Below, piece after piece: positions 61,001 through 64,000 of a DNA stretch of 64,000 bases. The stretch comes from Tubulanus polymorphus (lineage: Eukaryota > Animalia > Nemertea): NCBI RefSeq assembly GCF_964204645.1, contig NC_134029.1, positions 15,060,950-15,124,949 of the forward strand. The letters run 5' to 3'. The first letter of the stretch is position 1, and every line of letters begins with the position of its first letter. A program made the position numbers and the translations under genes. The notes under the pieces are model-generated. The model searched no databases and had not been told where the DNA came from. It saw only the letters and a list, made by a program, of their open reading frames with translations.

Positions 61001-62150
61001 AGCCCAAGGTGGCTGGGATGGCCTCATAAGACCTTGGTCACACAGTTCAGCAGTGTACCCCTCAACAAATTGCTTGTGATCGGGCGGCAGACGTCGTTGA
61101 TGCTGCTTAATCGGCTTCTGCTCCCCGGTATCGATTTCAAACTCAATGAGGGGTGTCCTCCCAATATCAAAATCCCCCCGAGAAAATACACCGTGATGCT
61201 GCGCTAGGACCCTCTTCAAATCCTTCCGATCACCCTCCGAAATTTCGAGACTATCGACGTTTAGTTCGTCGTAAAGATCCTTTAAATCATTGGGATCCTG
61301 CTGGGGCTGAGGCAGCTCTGTCTCCGACAAACCAGAAGTGTCTTGCACGGTGAGTACATCGACTGATTCGATAGGCGAGAAGATACCCACGAACTCCCCT
61401 CGACGAACCCTAAGGGTGTCATCTGAAAAATTTGCTAGGCGGACTGTTACCTTCCCATCCCGCGGACATACCAGAGATTTGCCAGCCAGGCATGGAGCAC
61501 GGTTCCCTCGAACAACCATACCAACAAAATTGTTATTTACACCATATCTCTGCTTGAAATACGCAGTGGCCACGACCTCATGGCCTCCCGGAATATAACA
61601 AGTCTCGGTCAGGAACAAACGACAGCAACTAGGTCGTGCATCCTTGGTCTCCAATGGTACAACTCTACCAGGGTAATCAATAATGCAACCATTCTGTTCA
61701 AAGAAGTCACTACCTAGCAGTCACTCCTGAGCCAAGTCATCGGCTATTACCATGGGGACCATGAATCTACAGGTTCCCTAACTGGAGCTCTACCTTGGCC
61801 ACCCCATGAACCTTCATGTTCGCACCCGTGGCAGTGGCTAATTCGAAGTCGACTGGCTGCAGATTTCCCTGATCGGCCCTACGACTCTTCTCCCAGACAG
61901 AGGTTTTCAACAAGGTCACAGAGGCACCGGTGTCTAAGAGTATAGATGTACGTGTTGAACCATTAAGGATACCAGAGGGCCCTACGACTCTTCTCCCAGA
62001 CAGAGGTTTTCAACAAGGTCACAGAGGCACCGGTGTCTAAGAGTATAGATGTACGTGTTGAACCATTAAGGATACCAGAGCAGTAAAGCCCAGTGTCTCT
62101 CAAATCGACACGACGCATCATTTTCTCAGCCACGGGGCAGCTCGAACCTA
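58008..62150 (-). pseudogene. pol: Gypsy pol (protease, RT, RNase H, integrase)
   Basis: LLDTGAS; PWASPIVL..DGSLRLCCDYRKLN; MPFGLTNAP..YLDD; DCDASNWAIG..RREMLA..RTDHAAL..ADSLSR; HLG..C..C, HIDIVGP, HSDRGSNF, YHPMGN..E. Confidence 0.96.
61876..62079. repeat. 102-bp tandem duplication of the protease active-site segment
   Basis: GGCCCTACGACTCTTCTCCCAGACAG...TTAAGGATACCAGAG occurs twice. Confidence 0.93.
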
Positions 62151-62159
62151 TTGACACAT

Positions 62160-64000
62160 CTGACCGGTCAGTTGTTATTGTGGTTAAGACCGTATCTTCA
62201 TGTGACTTAACAAACAGAGAGTTATCGGAGGTAAAATATTTGAAACTGTCCCCTGCCTCAGAGGAGAACCATCCGAAATTACATCACCCGGTTGACAGAC
62301 CAACAGTGAGGTATCTGGGTAAGGAGTTTGCTTCAATCCAAGATCAGTGAAAAATAAGACATTGGCATTGAAGGATTTGTAGTTTCAAACAACTTGGACA
62401 TTTTAGCTGTCACATAATCATGGCTTTGTGCAGATAGAGATGAACAAAGCATCTCCGAACTGAAACCAACTGGATATGACATTAAACACTGCCCGCGTCC
62501 TAATAATAAGCAAGGAGGAGGGGTTGCGCTCTTACATAAACTGTCTATTCCAGTTAAAATCCTGGAATCAACTATTGATAACAAATTTTCTCACTTTGAA
62601 TATATTGACTGCAAGGTTTATCTGCCAAACCAAACTCTTAGTGTTTCTGTCATTTATCGACCCCCACCTTCAAAAAACAATGGTTTTAAAAATATTGTCT
62701 TCTTCGAAGAATGGATGAACTATATCGAACGGCATATCACTAACTCCAGTGAAACACTTCTTCTTGGCGATCTAAATTTCCATCTTGATGATGAAAGTGA
62801 TAGTGACGCACAAAACTTTTTGCAGACCCTGCATGAGGTTAGGCTCCGGCAGCATGTTCGCGGTCCGACTCTTGTAAAAGGACATACATTAGATGTTTTG
62901 ATTACCAAGGACTCAAGCTCTTTTTTATCGAACATAGATGTCGTTGACACGGGAATTTTCAGTCAAGATAGCCTTAAACCCTGCGATCACTATGCAGTCC
63001 TATGCGATGCCAATACCCCAAAACCAGTCAGCAAAAAAGTATCCATCGCTTATAGGAAGCTGAAGGCAATTGACATTGATGCTTTTCGGGAGGGCATAAA
63101 AGTAAAATTATCTCCAATGAATGATCAGAATAGAGGATCCGTTAATGAACTAGCGTCAAACTATACAGCTATCATTAAGACACTTGTTGATACCCATGCT
63201 CCGCTCAGAGAAAGAAGCATGTACTTGAAACCGAACGCTCCTTGGTATACGGACGAACTTCATGATGCTAAACGGGAACGGCGTCGCTTTGAACGGCAGT
63301 GGCGAAAGAGTAACCTGGAAGTTCATAGGTAGATGTATCAACTGCAGTGTCGTTTTGTTAACCACATGATCGTTGAAACAAGGATGCATTACTGCAACAA
63401 TAAAATCATTGATTGTGGTCGTAATTCCAAAAGTGTTTTCTCAGTAGTGAAACACCTCCTTGGTTCATCATCTGTGCCAGTTTTACCACATTATGAGTCA
63501 GCTGAGGCTTTAGCAAATCAGTTTAATACGTTCTTTTTGGATGAGATAAGTGATATCCGTGCTGATATGCCCTTACCACGTTCTGAGAATTTAGGCAGTG
63601 ACCACTCACTTCCGGAGTTTAATAGTCTATCAACTTTTTCTTTAGCAACGCAGGATGAGATAAGGAAAATAATAACTAGTTCAGCTAGTAAATCCTGTGA
63701 ATTGGATCCTTTGCCAACATGGCTTTTAAAAGAGTGTTTAGACGATCTTTTACCAATTATCACAGGGATAGTTAACCAGTCACTTATTGAGGGCTATGTC
63801 CCACTAGACTTTAAGATGGCTCACATACGGCCACTCCTAAAGAAAACTGGACTTAATCCTGAAGTGCTAAAAAACTACAGACCAGTTTCAAATCTTAGCT
63901 TTATTTCAAAGATTTTAGAAAAAGTTGTTAACAGTAGAATTGATGACCATCTAAATATTTCTGGTCTTAAACCTTGTTTTCAAAGTGCATATTCTAAATT
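62160..64000 (+). mobile_element. L2/CR1-group LINE ORF2 (APE endonuclease + start of RT), decayed, runs off the window
   Basis: NPRSVKNK, GGGVALL, IYRPP, LLGDLNFH, GHTLDVLIT, CDHYAV, APWYT; [41 protein letters not shown]. Confidence 0.95.

Larger units (their letters stand above)
56303..62150 (-). mobile_element. Gypsy LTR retrotransposon (element 3), 5'-truncated by a LINE
   Basis: 3' LTR 56303-56571 (TGTAACGGG...CCCGTTA); PPT GGGGGGGAGTGG at 56572-56583; PR-RT-RH-IN order. Confidence 0.93.

Noticed and set aside
57112-61598. Plus-strand ORFs overlapping Gypsy 3 (e.g. 57112-57555, 59039-59488, 61338-61598)
   Set aside because: Antisense shadows of the pol and SGNH frames with no motifs.

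Overview
This is AT-rich animal (invertebrate-like) genomic DNA made almost entirely of nested, mostly decayed mobile elements. One host-like exon (fibrillin N-terminal type, 45739-45824) suggests the window is intronic. From left to right: an unassigned decayed LTR element (1-4.7 kb); two decayed Gypsy integrase regions (one with an env-like remnant, one with chromodomains); and a Penelope fragment with hammerhead ribozymes. Next is a near-complete Polinton/adintovirus-like element (13329-43692) carrying pPolB with EndoVII, HNH, integrase, a truncated ATPase, MCP and penton; its ~600-bp TIRs begin with a ~150-nt hairpin and contain a gene. Its pPolB is interrupted by an Ngaro-type tyrosine-recombinase retrotransposon (14721-28229). 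That element in turn hosts nested IS3EU-type MITEs and a 5.9-kb non-autonomous mini-Polinton (AGTAGT TIRs, 6-bp TSD) carrying only a RING-like gene and a spliced tandem-PC4 gene. Further right are MITEs, Kolobok-like and IS3EU-like remnants, a second truncated Polinton copy (with a Helentron-type insert containing a SINE), a Gypsy element with an extra SGNH-hydrolase ORF, and an L2/CR1 LINE. All family calls come from motif recognition by eye; no searches were run.
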